DNA of 45,364 nt from a virus (Duplodnaviria; Caudoviricetes): positions 1 through 45,364 of IMG/VR virus record IMGVR_UViG_3300037604_000088. One strand, 5' to 3'. This document shows positions 26,742 to 36,700 of the stretch, piece by piece. Below the pieces are notes generated by a model, which ran no database searches, was not told the DNA's origin, and worked only from the letters and a program-made list of their open reading frames with translations. The position numbers and the translations under genes were made by a program. Every line of letters starts with the position of its first letter. Position 1 is the stretch's first letter.

Positions 26742-28784
26742 TCACTCCATGTATCTGGGCGTGCTGACGCGCCAGCCGCGCCGCCGCGGCGTGGTGATGC
26801 GCCCGGCTTGGGGCTCAGTCGGTTTGTCAGGCTCGGTCTCGGACGCCACGACGGCCGTCTCCACCCCGGCCTGGGTCTCCAGCTGCCGCCACATCCGCTC
26901 GTCGAACCGGTCGGCGCCGAGGATCCAGGCCGCGGCGCGGGCATAGACGCGGGTATCGAGCGCCTCGTTGCGCTCGCGCATCTTCTGCCATTCCTGGCGG
27001 GCATAGCCGCGCTTGTTGCGGATCGTGACCAGCTGCTCGGCCACCAGCTGTTTGAGCCATTCGCTGTCGGCCCAGTCGGGCAGATGGACCGTGCCGGGCG
27101 GGTCCGGCGCGTCCGGCTCACTCAACCTTTCCAGCCTCAGATGGCGATAGGTCTCGGCCTTGAAGGTGGCCGTGGCCACGGTCCAGAGCCGGGCACCGCG
27201 CCTGAGCTTGCGTCCGTTCACCGTGGCATCGACGAAAGTCGGCCCCGAGACCGGTGTCGCCCGGTTGAACCCTTCCATGCCCTTCACCGGCGCGACCTGC
27301 GCGGTGCCCTGCCGGCGCGCCCATGCATAGACGGCGGCGGACTCGTAGCCCGTGTCGATGGCGAGCTTCGCCAGCGTCATCACTGCGCCGTGCTCATGCA
27401 CCCATGTCCGGCAGAGCAGTGCGGTGAGCGCCTCCCAGCAGCCTGGATCATCCGGCCCGCCGGGGATCACGATGTGATCGATGAGCCAGCTTGTCCCGCC
27501 GCGGCCCCAGGCCCAGACATCGACCTCGATGCGGTCCTTCTGCACATCCGCGCCCGCGGTCAGGAACAGACCGCCTGCGGGGATCTGCGCCGGATAGGTC
27601 TCGCGCCGGTCCGCCAGCCGCTGCCAGTCCGGCGCCTCGCCGCTCTCCACCCAGGTCTCGCCCAGCAGCGTGTTGCGCGCCGCGCGCAGCATCTCGTCAG
27701 AGCCCTGGGCGGCCAGCCAGTCGCGCGCGATCTGCGCCCAGCTCTTCCAGCCGATCGGCGAATAGAGCGCCGAGAGGTGGAACCCGATGGCCCGGGCATC
27801 CGCGGGCGCGGCGGTCGCACGCCATTCCCCGTGCTCCAGCATCGCTGTCTTGTGATGCTCGGCAATGGGCGTCTCGCAGCCCGCGCAATGGTAGGCCGCG
27901 GTTTCCGGCTGATCCTTCTCCCAGCGCAGGCGCTCAAACTGCAGCCATTGCATATGGCCGCAATGCGGACAGGGCACGAAGTAGCGCCGCTGATCGGAGG
28001 CCTCGAACTCGCGCTCGATGCGGCTCAGCCCCCGGATCGTGGGCGTCGAGACCATGAACACCTTGCGCCGATGCGCGAAGGTGGTGGTGCGCGCCTCGGC
28101 CAGCGTGACGGGATCGCCTTCCTCGTCGGCCGAGGCGGGATAGGCGTCTACCTCGTCGAGAAAGATGTAGCGCGCGGGCATCGAGCGCAGGCCGGTGGCC
28201 GAGTTGGCCCCGGTAAGCACCAGGATGCCGCCGGGGAACTCTTTTGAGAGCATCGAGTTGCCGGCATCGCGGGATCGCGCCGGCTGCACGCGCTCTTTCA
28301 GCGCCGCGCTGTCTGCGATCAGCGGGTCTATCCGCCCGCGCGAGGTGCGTTTGGCCATCTCGACCGTCGGCAGCACCGCCAGCATCGGCCCCGGGGCGTG
28401 GTGGATAACGAATCCGATCCAGTTGTTGCCCGCTTCCGTGGCACCCACCTGTGCCGCCTTCATGAAGGTGACGCGCTGTGCCGGATGCCCCGGCGAGAGC
28501 GCATCCATGATCTCGCGCAGATACGGCGTGCGCGCGGTGCGATACCGCCCGGGCTCGGCCGAGGCGCGCGAAGACAGCCAGCGATGTTGATCCGCCCAGG
28601 CCGAGACTGTGAGGTCCGGGTCGGGGCGCAGGCCCTTCGCCCAGGCGCGCAGGATGTCATCGGCGCCGTCGAACCCGAGGTCGAGCTCCGCGGTCAGGTC
28701 GTCGTCGGTCAGGCGCTCGTCTTTGTCTCCATCATTCAAGCGAGACCCGGAGGTCGGCCAGGGCGGCGAGCTGCTCTCGGACAT
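26742..28784 (-). CDS. terL: Terminase large subunit (lambda gpA family)
   Basis: RTPYLREIMD, KAAQVGATE, IFLDEVDAYP, STPT, GADVQ, RNEALD; true start may be slightly downstream. Confidence 0.95.
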   Translation of the reverse strand: MSESSSPPWPTSGSRLNDGDKDERLTDDDLTAELDLGFDGADDILRAWAKGLRPDPDLTVSAWADQHRWLSSRASAEPGRYRTARTPYLREIMDALSPGHPAQRVTFMKAAQVGATEAGNNWIGFVIHHAPGPMLAVLPTVEMAKRTSRGRIDPLIADSAALKERVQPARSRDAGNSMLSKEFPGGILVLTGANSATGLRSMPARYIFLDEVDAYPASADEEGDPVTLAEARTTTFAHRRKVFMVSTPTIRGLSRIEREFEASDQRRYFVPCPHCGHMQWLQFERLRWEKDQPETAAYHCAGCETPIAEHHKTAMLEHGEWRATAAPADARAIGFHLSALYSPIGWKSWAQIARDWLAAQGSDEMLRAARNTLLGETWVESGEAPDWQRLADRRETYPAQIPAGGLFLTAGADVQKDRIEVDVWAWGRGGTSWLIDHIVIPGGPDDPGCWEALTALLCRTWVHEHGAVMTLAKLAIDTGYESAAVYAWARRQGTAQVAPVKGMEGFNRATPVSGPTFVDATVNGRKLRRGARLWTVATATFKAETYRHLRLERLSEPDAPDPPGTVHLPDWADSEWLKQLVAEQLVTIRNKRGYARQEWQKMRERNEALDTRVYARAAAWILGADRFDERMWRQLETQAGVETAVVASETEPDKPTEPQAGRITTPRRRGWRVSTPRYME

Positions 28785-29292
28785 GGGCTTCCAGCACCCT
28801 TTGCAGGATCGCAGTCTCGATCGTCACGGGCGTCCCGGATGCACTCTCCCTATCTGCGGACAATTGCGCGGCCATCAGGGCGGCGACGCGGGTGGGCCAG
28901 GTGGTCCAGACATCGCGCTCCTGCCGGGCGAGGCGAAAGACCAGCGTTTCGGCGCGGGCGCGATCGACCAGCGCGCCCTTCTTGCGCTGGATCGCCAGCT
29001 GACGCTCCTGCGCCTGGTAGACGGTCAGCGCGGTGCGCGCCTTGAGATAGGAGGCGCTGTCGCCCGGCCCGGAGACGGGACCGGCCTCAGCGCTGCCGCT
29101 GCCCCCAATCCCGCCCCGCGCGCGCCTCTGCTGATCGGGATCGGTCATCCCGCCCCGGCGCGCATCCGAGGCCGCGGCATCGATCGAGCCATCGGCAAAG
29201 AGCACCAGCCGGCCGGTCTTGCGTGCCTTCTGCACGGCCCCTCGCGAGAGCCCGGCATGGGCGGCGTAGGCGCGCTCGGACAGTCCCTCCAT
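28732..29292 (-). CDS. terS: Terminase small subunit (Nu1-like)
   Basis: N-terminal wHTH SERAYAAHAGLSRGAVQKA; overlaps terL start. Confidence 0.85.
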   Translation of the reverse strand: MEGLSERAYAAHAGLSRGAVQKARKTGRLVLFADGSIDAAASDARRGGMTDPDQQRRARGGIGGSGSAEAGPVSGPGDSASYLKARTALTVYQAQERQLAIQRKKGALVDRARAETLVFRLARQERDVWTTWPTRVAALMAAQLSADRESASGTPVTIETAILQRVLEAHVREQLAALADLRVSLE

Positions 29293-29436
29293 GGCGCCTG
29301 CAAACCCTCGCAATGCATTGGAAATAAACGCGGAAACGCGTCTATTTGAGTTGATTACACTCCCCGGTCGAGCGACTCTGTTCCCCACAAGGCGGGTGCA
29401 TCGCGCACTGCCAGGCAAGGGATCGGAGACAGCCCC

Positions 29437-29628
29437 ATGACCATCGCAGAGCGCTACAACGCCGAGGCCGCCCGCTTGCTGCCGCACATGGCAGAGGGCC
29501 TAGCCGTCGAGCCGACCATCACCACCGCGAACGAGATCGACGACATCGTCTTCCGCCGCGGCGAATTCCTTGGCGGCATGGCCTGCGCCATCCTCGCCAT
29601 GATCGACCAGCAGGATCGGGGCGCCTGA
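29437..29628 (+). CDS. Small hypothetical protein
   Basis: SD GGAG, 63-aa ORF, first of a three-gene plus-strand operon. Confidence 0.7.
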   Translation: MTIAERYNAEAARLLPHMAEGLAVEPTITTANEIDDIVFRRGEFLGGMACAILAMIDQQDRGA

Positions 29629-29630
29629 CC

Positions 29631-29891
29631 ATGAACCCGATCACCACCCCACGCCACCAGCTGCGTGCTGAGAAGGCGCGGAAGAAACGCGAAGCCGCAC
29701 TTGCCGCCTTCATCGGAAAGAAAGCTGAGATCGACGAGAGGCTCGCCCGGCTGCAGGCGCTGAGCGACGATCATTTCGAGACCCACCCGGACGAGGTGGG
29801 CTGGGCGATGGTCGGCACCCTCGAGCACTACAACAGCCTCCTGAAGCGCATCACCGACAGCGCCTTCGGTGAGGGCGAATTCGCCGGGTAA
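29631..29891 (+). CDS. Hypothetical phage protein
   Basis: ALAAFIGKKAEIDE.LARLQALSDDHF...PDEV.W..VGTL; typical neighbour of DUF3489 genes. Confidence 0.78.
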   Translation: MNPITTPRHQLRAEKARKKREAALAAFIGKKAEIDERLARLQALSDDHFETHPDEVGWAMVGTLEHYNSLLKRITDSAFGEGEFAG

Positions 29892-30018
29892 CCCTCGGAG
29901 CGCCCCGCCACCAAGGCGGGATGAGCCCGGACCGTGGCCCCGGTGGGGCCGCGGACGCCGGGCGAATGCCGGTAGAAGGCGGCGCATCCCGCGCTGCCCG
30001 AGAACACCGGAGACTCCC

Positions 30019-30573
30019 ATGCCCAAACTCACCGACACCCAGTCCATCATCCTCAGCCGCGCGGCCACCCGCCCCGGCAATCTCGCCATGCCGCTGCCCG
30101 AGGGGCTGCATGGCGCCGCCGCGAAGGTGACCGTGACCAGGATGGTCGAGCGCGGCTGGCTCGAGGAGGTCGATGCCGATATCCGCAAGGGCGAGCCGCT
30201 CTGGCGCGAGACAGGCGATGGTCATGGCACCACGCTGATCGCGACCGAGGCCGGGCTGGATGCCATCGGGATCGAGCCGGTGGTCGCCAGGGCCGTCGTC
30301 AGCACGCGCAACGCGAAGCCGGACCCCGCGCCGACGTTCGAGGCTTCCGAAGCCTCCAAGCCGGTCGCCATCCGCAGCGGCACCAAGCAGGCGCAGATCA
30401 TCGCGCTGCTCCGGCGGCCCGAGGGCGCTTCCATCGCCGAGATTGTCGAAGTGACCGGGTGGCAGGCGCACAGCGCGCGCGGCATGATCTCGGGGGCATT
30501 GAAGAAGAAGCTGGGCCTCGCGATCACTGCTCAGAAGATCGAGGGCAGAGGCACCGTGCATCGGATCACATGA
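30019..30573 (+). CDS. DUF3489-family protein (C-terminal HTH)
   Basis: MPKLTDTQ..IL; TKQAQIIALLRRPEGASIAEI...TGWQAHSARG.ISGALKKKLGL. Confidence 0.85.
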   Translation: MPKLTDTQSIILSRAATRPGNLAMPLPEGLHGAAAKVTVTRMVERGWLEEVDADIRKGEPLWRETGDGHGTTLIATEAGLDAIGIEPVVARAVVSTRNAKPDPAPTFEASEASKPVAIRSGTKQAQIIALLRRPEGASIAEIVEVTGWQAHSARGMISGALKKKLGLAITAQKIEGRGTVHRIT

Positions 30574-30833
30574 CACGGATCCAGGCTCCCGCCGGTCGGT
30601 CTGATCGGGAATCCGCCAAAGCCGACCAGAAGAGGCAGGCAACGGCTGGGGGCCGCTTCATCCGATGCCGCGCTTTGGTTGAACAGCGGCTATGCGCAGG
30701 ATGCGGAGTTTGCAAAGCTGGTGTAGCAAGCGCGCAGCGCGAGAGCCAGGTTACGGGCTAAGGTGATTTTTGCCTTTAACAGGAGCTACGCGGCGCCTAC
30801 TCTGAGGCACTACCGAAGTATTGCGAGGACGAA

Positions 30834-32141
30834 GTGGCTGGTTATCTCGAAGACTTGGACGAACTAGTTCTGAAATGCCGCAACAAAAACGCGCGCGAGT
30901 ATATTCGCGAGTCAGTGGCCAGCTACCGTGCCGAAGCCTATAGATCTGCCGTCGTCTCCTGCTGGGTCGCTGTTTGCTATGATCTGATTGAGAAGCTTCG
31001 GGAGCTGTCTCTGGCAGGTGACAAGCAAGCTGAAAAGAAGATTGAAGACCTAGATGCCATTTATCGAGATAACGACACAAGCAGAGCATTGAAATTTGAG
31101 CGAGAAATCCTCGACTTCGCCAGAGATAAGGTCGAGTTGATATCTGCCTTGGAATACGAGGACCTAAATCGTATTCTTAAGGACCGCCATAGATGTGCGC
31201 ATCCGTCGCTGAATGCGGATGGAGAGCAATATGCTCCGCCAGCGGAGCTTGCTCGGCTTCATATCCATTCAGCGGTCACACATCTACTACAGCATGAGCC
31301 AGCTCAAGGGCAATTCGCGTTGGATCGCATTCTCAAGCAGCTTCATTCAGAGTACTTTCCGACTAGCAGAAAAGATGTGCTCAAGGTTTTTCAAAACAGT
31401 CCAATCCGACGCGCTCGCCCCTCATTGGTGAAAAATCTAATTTCTGTCCTGCTTAAGAGCTTATTTTTGGAAGAACAAAAAGACTACACGACTTCGTCGA
31501 AGCTAACGTCATCGTTGACCGCAGTTTGTACTATGCATCGCGACCTTTACGAAGCGCGGTGCGCAGAAATTCTACCAGACATCGTGTCTCGTGTCGAAGA
31601 TGATAATCTGCATCACGTTGCCAAAAATATTACTCGGTTTCCCCGCGCGTGGGAATCTTTAGATCATACACAGCAAGGTAGGCTAACCAGCTATGTGGCG
31701 AAACTACCGACGGAACACTTTGACATTATCGACGATATTTTATCTTTCTCACCTCTTAAGACTGTGGCGGTAAGACGCGTAAAAATTGCATCCTTGAATG
31801 ATCTCGAATCGGTAATTCCCTTCTTCACGATACCTAACGAAATTATCGACCGATCTATTGAACTGTATCACAAGGCTGAAAGCTTCAATGAGGCCAACAA
31901 GATTGCTGCTCAGATAAATTTGTTTGCCAGTGACTTCAATGATGAGCAAGTTCGGGCACTACTATCCAAATTACGAGAAAACGATCAAGTTATGGGCAGT
32001 TTTGAACTCCCAAAAATGTTAGAAAAGATTTGCGAAACGGCGTCCAAACACTCAATGGATTTCGATGAACTTTTGCGCGAACATGGTCTTGAAGAACATT
32101 GTAAAGACACCTCTAATCAAGATGATAAAATTCCATTTTGA
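30834..32141 (+). CDS. HEPN-like (R-x4-H) accessory protein with helical C-terminal region; candidate anti-phage effector
   Basis: AYRSAVVSCWVAV helix and RHRCAH motif; markedly AT-richer than phage backbone. Confidence 0.7.
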   Translation: MAGYLEDLDELVLKCRNKNAREYIRESVASYRAEAYRSAVVSCWVAVCYDLIEKLRELSLAGDKQAEKKIEDLDAIYRDNDTSRALKFEREILDFARDKVELISALEYEDLNRILKDRHRCAHPSLNADGEQYAPPAELARLHIHSAVTHLLQHEPAQGQFALDRILKQLHSEYFPTSRKDVLKVFQNSPIRRARPSLVKNLISVLLKSLFLEEQKDYTTSSKLTSSLTAVCTMHRDLYEARCAEILPDIVSRVEDDNLHHVAKNITRFPRAWESLDHTQQGRLTSYVAKLPTEHFDIIDDILSFSPLKTVAVRRVKIASLNDLESVIPFFTIPNEIIDRSIELYHKAESFNEANKIAAQINLFASDFNDEQVRALLSKLRENDQVMGSFELPKMLEKICETASKHSMDFDELLREHGLEEHCKDTSNQDDKIPF

Positions 32142-32297
32142 GTTTCCGCCTGTTCCCGACAAAAGAACTTCAAGATCGTTGCATGAGGCAAGACCGTTGT
32201 TTGAAGGACCAATGACCGCTTCGGGGCTGGGAGCGGTCGTGGCATCCGAATGTGTCAACGGCAAGGGCCTAGTCTCAAGTTTCAAGTGCGACGCACA

Positions 32298-32513
32298 CTA
32301 TCGCCTTTGTGCGGCCTCGAACAGCCTGCGCAGCGCATAACTGCGCAGGAGCGATATGCCGGTGAAGACCCCGCCCAGCGCCGGGTTCCCGCCGAGGCTC
32401 GCCTGCAGACCGAACCATGGGAACACAACGATCTGCGTGGTGACTGCCAGCGCATATTCCAATGTGACATTGGTGACAGTGTCGATCAGCGACATGCGCC
32501 GTGACTGGATCAT
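32298..32513 (-). CDS. Small membrane protein coupled to MTase (DUF7220-like)
   Basis: QSRRMSLI...QIVVFPWFGL...SLLRSYALRRLFE; ATGA overlap with MTase stop. Confidence 0.7.
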   Translation of the reverse strand: MIQSRRMSLIDTVTNVTLEYALAVTTQIVVFPWFGLQASLGGNPALGGVFTGISLLRSYALRRLFEAAQRR

Positions 32514-33772
32514 GCCCCAAGCCTCTTGGTCTTCAGCGCGGCGAAGCTCTCTCCGGTTTCCGCCAGTACTGCTTCTTCGCCGGTGAAGGACTGCCAGCGT
32601 TCGATGGCGACATCGACATAGGCAGGGTTCAACTCGACCCCGTAGCAGAGGCGCCCGGTGGTCTCGGCCGCGATCAGCGTTGTGCCAGACCCCATGAAGG
32701 GCTCGTAGACTGCCTGGCCGGCGTTCGAGTTGTTCAGGATCGGGCGGCGCATGCACTCGACCGGCTTCTGAGTGCCATGCACGGTATCGACATCCTGATC
32801 CTTGTTCGCGATCTGCCACAGTGTCGTCTGCTTGCGATCACCGGCCCAGTGGCCCTTGGCCTTGGCGCGCACGGCGTACCAGCAGGGTTCGTGCTGCCAG
32901 TGGTAATCGCCGCGGCTGAGCACCAGCCGGTCCTTGGCCCAGATGATCTGCGAGCGGATGGCGAAACCCGCGGCGGTGAGAGACTCCGCCACTTCGGCGG
33001 CATGCAGCGCCCCATGCCAGACATAGGCGACGTCGCCCGGAAACAGCGCCCATGCCTCGCGCCAGTCGGCCCGGTCGTCGTTCAGCACCTTGCCCGTCCG
33101 CTTCGTCTTCGCGGCGCCGGCCTGGTTGCGCCACGCCGGGTCATAGGCGACGCCATAGGGCGGGTCGGTCACCATCAGCAGAGGCTTCACGTCACCCAGC
33201 AAACGCCCGACTACATCGGCCGACGTGCTGTCGCCACAGATCAGCTGGTGATCCCCCAGCTGCCAGAGGTCCCCCGGCACAGAGACGGGCGTGACCGGCG
33301 CCTCGGGCACATCGTTCTCGCCCTCGACCGGGCCATCACCGCCCAGCGCCCCAGGGTCCTGCAGGAGGGCGTCGAGCTCGGCCTCGCCGATCCCCAGCAG
33401 CGAGAGGTTGAAATCCTCGGCCAGAAGTCCTGCGATTTCGTCGCGCAGCAGGGCCTCGTCCCACTCGCCGAGCTCCGTGAGCTTGTTGTCGGCGATCCGG
33501 TAGGCGCGCCGCTCGGCCTCATCGAGATGGCTCAGCCGGATCACCGGCACTTCGGTCAGCCCCAGCATCGTGGCCGCCAGAACCCGACCATGCCCCGCGA
33601 TCAGCTCGCCATCATCGGCCACCATGCAGGGCACGGTCCATCCGAACTGCGCCATGCTGGCGGCGATCTTCGCCACCTGGTCGTCGCCGTGGATCTTGGC
33701 ATTGCGGGCGTAGGGGCGCAGCCGCTCGATCGGCCACGCCTCGATCTCGCTTGGCGCGAAGACAAGGTCCAT
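32510..33772 (-). CDS. ParB-like N-terminal domain fused to amino (N6-A/N4-C) DNA methyltransferase
   Basis: IAGHGR and RIADNK (ParB); TDPPY, HGTQKPVE, YEPFMGSGTT. Confidence 0.93.
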   Translation of the reverse strand: MDLVFAPSEIEAWPIERLRPYARNAKIHGDDQVAKIAASMAQFGWTVPCMVADDGELIAGHGRVLAATMLGLTEVPVIRLSHLDEAERRAYRIADNKLTELGEWDEALLRDEIAGLLAEDFNLSLLGIGEAELDALLQDPGALGGDGPVEGENDVPEAPVTPVSVPGDLWQLGDHQLICGDSTSADVVGRLLGDVKPLLMVTDPPYGVAYDPAWRNQAGAAKTKRTGKVLNDDRADWREAWALFPGDVAYVWHGALHAAEVAESLTAAGFAIRSQIIWAKDRLVLSRGDYHWQHEPCWYAVRAKAKGHWAGDRKQTTLWQIANKDQDVDTVHGTQKPVECMRRPILNNSNAGQAVYEPFMGSGTTLIAAETTGRLCYGVELNPAYVDVAIERWQSFTGEEAVLAETGESFAALKTKRLGA

Positions 33773-33856
33773 TGGGAGGTCTCTACTGTAGTGAAAGGCG
33801 GACAGACGCACAGGCACGACCGGGTCGGTCGGCAGCATCAGGGTCCGCGATGTCGG

Positions 33857-33893
33857 GAAAAGGAAAACGCCCGCGAGGGGTTTCCTCCGGGCG
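33857..33893 (-). terminator. Putative intrinsic terminator upstream of ParB-MTase
   Basis: CGCCCG-GAGG...CCTC-GCGGGCG stem followed by TTTTCCTTTT on minus strand. Confidence 0.5.
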
Positions 33894-34013
33894 CTATTCT
33901 TCGATGATCAAGGGGTACGTCAAGGGGGCTAGAAATGTCAAAGGGTTTTTTGCCGTTGAATCAACATCTTCCCCGACAATCGCCGTAACAGGGCTGCGGG
34001 CGGCTTTCCGGGG

Positions 34014-34247
34014 TGGATTCCTCGGGTGGCTTCCGGCTGGGGTCGAGGCCGCGCATGTGGATTCCCTGGATTCCTCCGAGGAATCCACTTGATCCAAGGG
34101 GCGCTCGGCCAAGTCCCTGATAACGAGTCAGAATTCCGGCCCGGTCCGCCGGGGTGGATTCCAGGTGGATTCCCCGGTGAGGAATCCAGTCGCTAGCGAA
34201 ATCGCGCGCCAAGCCCCCCCGTATACGACAAGCGCCCGGGAGGAACC
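34014..34247 (-). other. Putative cos packaging site (cosQ-cosN-cosB with IHF site)
   Basis: GGTTCCT-N20-GGGGGGGCTTGGCGCG resembles lambda cosQ/cosN; about 8 TGGATTCC/GGAATCCA repeats; IHF consensus at 34110-34122. Confidence 0.75.
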
Positions 34248-34514
34248 ATGGGAGGGAGCAGTCGGCCCAAAACAGAAGGTCGGTCATGCGACACGCTCTC
34301 GCAAAAATCCTCGAAGCTGTCATTCAGGTTTGGCGCATTGAACTGGTTGTAGCTTGCATCGTGGGCAGAGGCATACTAACCCCACAAAAAAAGTCCGACA
34401 GTTAGGTTGGAAGCATGTGGGGCGGGACGAACTGTCCCCGCCGTTGCCAAATCAGAAGTTGTGCCGCATCATGATGAACGAAAGCAGAACTTCAAGAGTG
34501 GCAGGCATGAGGTT

Positions 34515-35078
34515 ATGAGCGGGCCATACGATCCGAGGGCAATCGCGAACCTCATGCTCGATGAGGCCGCCAACCCGCGCTACGGCGCTGAGATCAGCAT
34601 CACCAACCTCGCGCTGCAGAAGCTGCTCTACTTCGCACACGGCATCCACCTAAAGAGGGGCAACGGACCGCTCGTCTCAGGGTACTTCGAGGCGTGGCAG
34701 TATGGTCCTGTGCACCCCGCAGTCTATCGTGCTTTTAAGGAGTCTGGCTCGAACGTGATCACCATGCGCGCGGCTGGCTGCGATCCGCTGACGGGTCAGG
34801 TGCGCGAACTCGTGACACCAACCGACCCTGAAGTGCGCGAACTGATCGCCGAAGTGGTCTTGCGTTATGGTAAAATGTCTCCTGGTCGTCTCGTCGATCT
34901 GTCGCACGCGAAAGGTGCCCCGTGGGAAGTGGTGGTGGACAAATCAAGAACGAACGTTGCTTTTGGGATGCGGATACCGGATACTGTGATCATCGACCGA
35001 TTCCAACACCACAAGGTGTCGGTTGACGCTAATCCTCGTGCAGGAGAACCGCCTAGTGACGACACGCCTTTTGCCTGA
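34515..35078 (+). CDS. socA: SocA/Panacea (DUF4065) antitoxin
   Basis: ITNLALQKLLYFAHG, FEAWQYGPV, LVDLSH..GAPW. Confidence 0.9.
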   Translation: MSGPYDPRAIANLMLDEAANPRYGAEISITNLALQKLLYFAHGIHLKRGNGPLVSGYFEAWQYGPVHPAVYRAFKESGSNVITMRAAGCDPLTGQVRELVTPTDPEVRELIAEVVLRYGKMSPGRLVDLSHAKGAPWEVVVDKSRTNVAFGMRIPDTVIIDRFQHHKVSVDANPRAGEPPSDDTPFA

Positions 35079-35772
35079 CATCGACCTTGCGCGCATCGCG
35101 CCCCAGCGCGATGATATGAAGCGCAAGAGCTTGGAGCAGATGAAGGGCGGTTTCTCGACCTTCTCTTACAAGCCGGTGCGCGCCTGCTTTTCTGACATCT
35201 TCAACATCCAACCCGATCTGGATTTGGGCGCAGCCGAGGCGACGCCTTGGACGGTGATCGAGGCCGAGTTGCGCAAGCGCAGCCGGTCGGATGAGGAGTT
35301 CAGATACAACCGGTTTGTCGCTTTGGGGCTTCACGACTTCGCAACTTCTGGCCGCGTGTTCGGGCGGCGGCACGAATTCTTCCCCCTGTCGATGGGGATG
35401 GGACAGAAGATCACACTTTGGCTCCCCATGATTCTTGCCATCGACGAGCAGGCGAGTGCCCTGTTCATTGAACCGCGCAGGACCAGAGGCTTGACCGCTG
35501 AGGGTCGCCGGTTCGCTTTCTCGATGATGCACGAGCGCATCCGGGCAGCTGATGAGGACTTTGCCAACGTGCGGTTGACCATCGTCCAGTTTGGCGGTCC
35601 GTCCGATGATCGGCGCGCAGTCAGGCTTCACACGGACGAGGGCATTGAACTTTTCTCCCGCGAGGAGTTGGAGCAGATGGTCGCCTCGACCTATGAAATG
35701 TGGCGCGAAGTGCTAGAAGAGCGTGAGCGCGAATCGCGGCGAAAAGCGACCGGAACTGGCCCGCTGATCTGA
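35056..35772 (+). CDS. socB: SocB-family replication-inhibitor toxin
   Basis: Overlaps socA; LPDIDLARIAP start, FSYKP.R, Q52-PDLDL clamp-motif-like; GTG with SD AGGAG. Confidence 0.8.
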   Translation: MTTRLLPDIDLARIAPQRDDMKRKSLEQMKGGFSTFSYKPVRACFSDIFNIQPDLDLGAAEATPWTVIEAELRKRSRSDEEFRYNRFVALGLHDFATSGRVFGRRHEFFPLSMGMGQKITLWLPMILAIDEQASALFIEPRRTRGLTAEGRRFAFSMMHERIRAADEDFANVRLTIVQFGGPSDDRRAVRLHTDEGIELFSREELEQMVASTYEMWREVLEERERESRRKATGTGPLI

Positions 35773-36177
35773 TGAATCGGAACATTGCCAAGGGGGCTAT
35801 CTGCTCACTGAATCGACTTTATGGGCCGACTTCCGATCTGATCTATTTTGCCTGTGATGCGCCAGACGAGTAGCCGCCTCCTAGGTTGCCCGCTTCTGCA
35901 ATCTCCGCGCTAGGTTTGCAAGTTTCAATCATTAGGCTGCTGTCCTGTCGAATGGCTGCTCTTCCCTAGTTGCTGCAACTGCCAAGCCGCACGGTGGTCA
36001 GCCCGCTTCACGCCCGATTAGCTGGTGGGGTCTCACTCAACGCACCCGGCCCATACCGGCCACTGACCGGGCCCTACCTCCGGCGTGATGCAGCCCGTCA
36101 TTCCGGACTTGCGCTGCGACTGCAAAATCAAGGGCGCGGCAAACTCACGCTCTGAGGACAGAACCGCTATCGGCCCA

Positions 36178-36441
36178 ATGTTGGCTATTAAGCGCCAACC
36201 CGAGGTTCAGGAGGCGCGGGACCGGGGCCGGGGCATCGAGCATAATCGCCTCGTTGCCTAGCTGCAGGAGCTGGCGATGGACGGCAACGTGACCGCCGTG
36301 ATCATTGCCTTGAACGCCCGCCACTCGTACCGCGAGGGCGGGCGCTTGAAGGGCCGCGCCTTGCAGGTCGACATCAACCTGCCCTCCGCGATGACGCTTG
36401 AGGACTACCGCAAGTTGGTGGACGTAAGACCGAAGGAGTGA
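36178..36441 (+). pseudogene. Relic of a terminase-small-subunit-like gene with in-frame TAG
   Basis: IKRQPEVQEARDRGRGIEHNRLVA*LQELAMDGNVTAVIIALNARHSYRE...INLP; stop at 36259-36261. Confidence 0.5.
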
Positions 36442-36475
36442 CAAGCTCATCTCGGGCATTCCGGGAGGGTTACAT

Positions 36476-36700
36476 TTGCATACTTTCAAGACGTTCGATC
36501 ACGAGGGGCGCTCGTTTGAAATCAAGATAGCCAGCGACGGGGTCGGCTGGCACCTAAAGGTCTTTGTCGATGGGAAGCCGACAAAGGTGGACGGGACCGT
36601 GAGCCACGAAGTCCAGCAAGACGCCGCACATTATGAGATCGGTGACCCGCGCAAGATCATTGCTGATGCGCTGGAAGATTTCATCAAGGGGAACGGCTAG
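36476..36700 (+). CDS. Small hypothetical protein (74 aa)
   Basis: TTG start with SD GGGAGG; protein-like composition. Confidence 0.65.
   Translation: MHTFKTFDHEGRSFEIKIASDGVGWHLKVFVDGKPTKVDGTVSHEVQQDAAHYEIGDPRKIIADALEDFIKGNG

Noticed and set aside
4373-28784. Gene transfer agent cluster
   Set aside because: Lambda-type gpA/gpB/gpC/gpD/gpE head module plus integrase, replication genes and cos indicate a prophage
34014-34188. CRISPR array
   Set aside because: Repeats are 8 bp, irregularly spaced and in both orientations, with no cas genes; better explained as cosB
36145-36489. Minus-strand 114-aa ORF
   Set aside because: Looks like the antisense of the plus-strand terS-like relic
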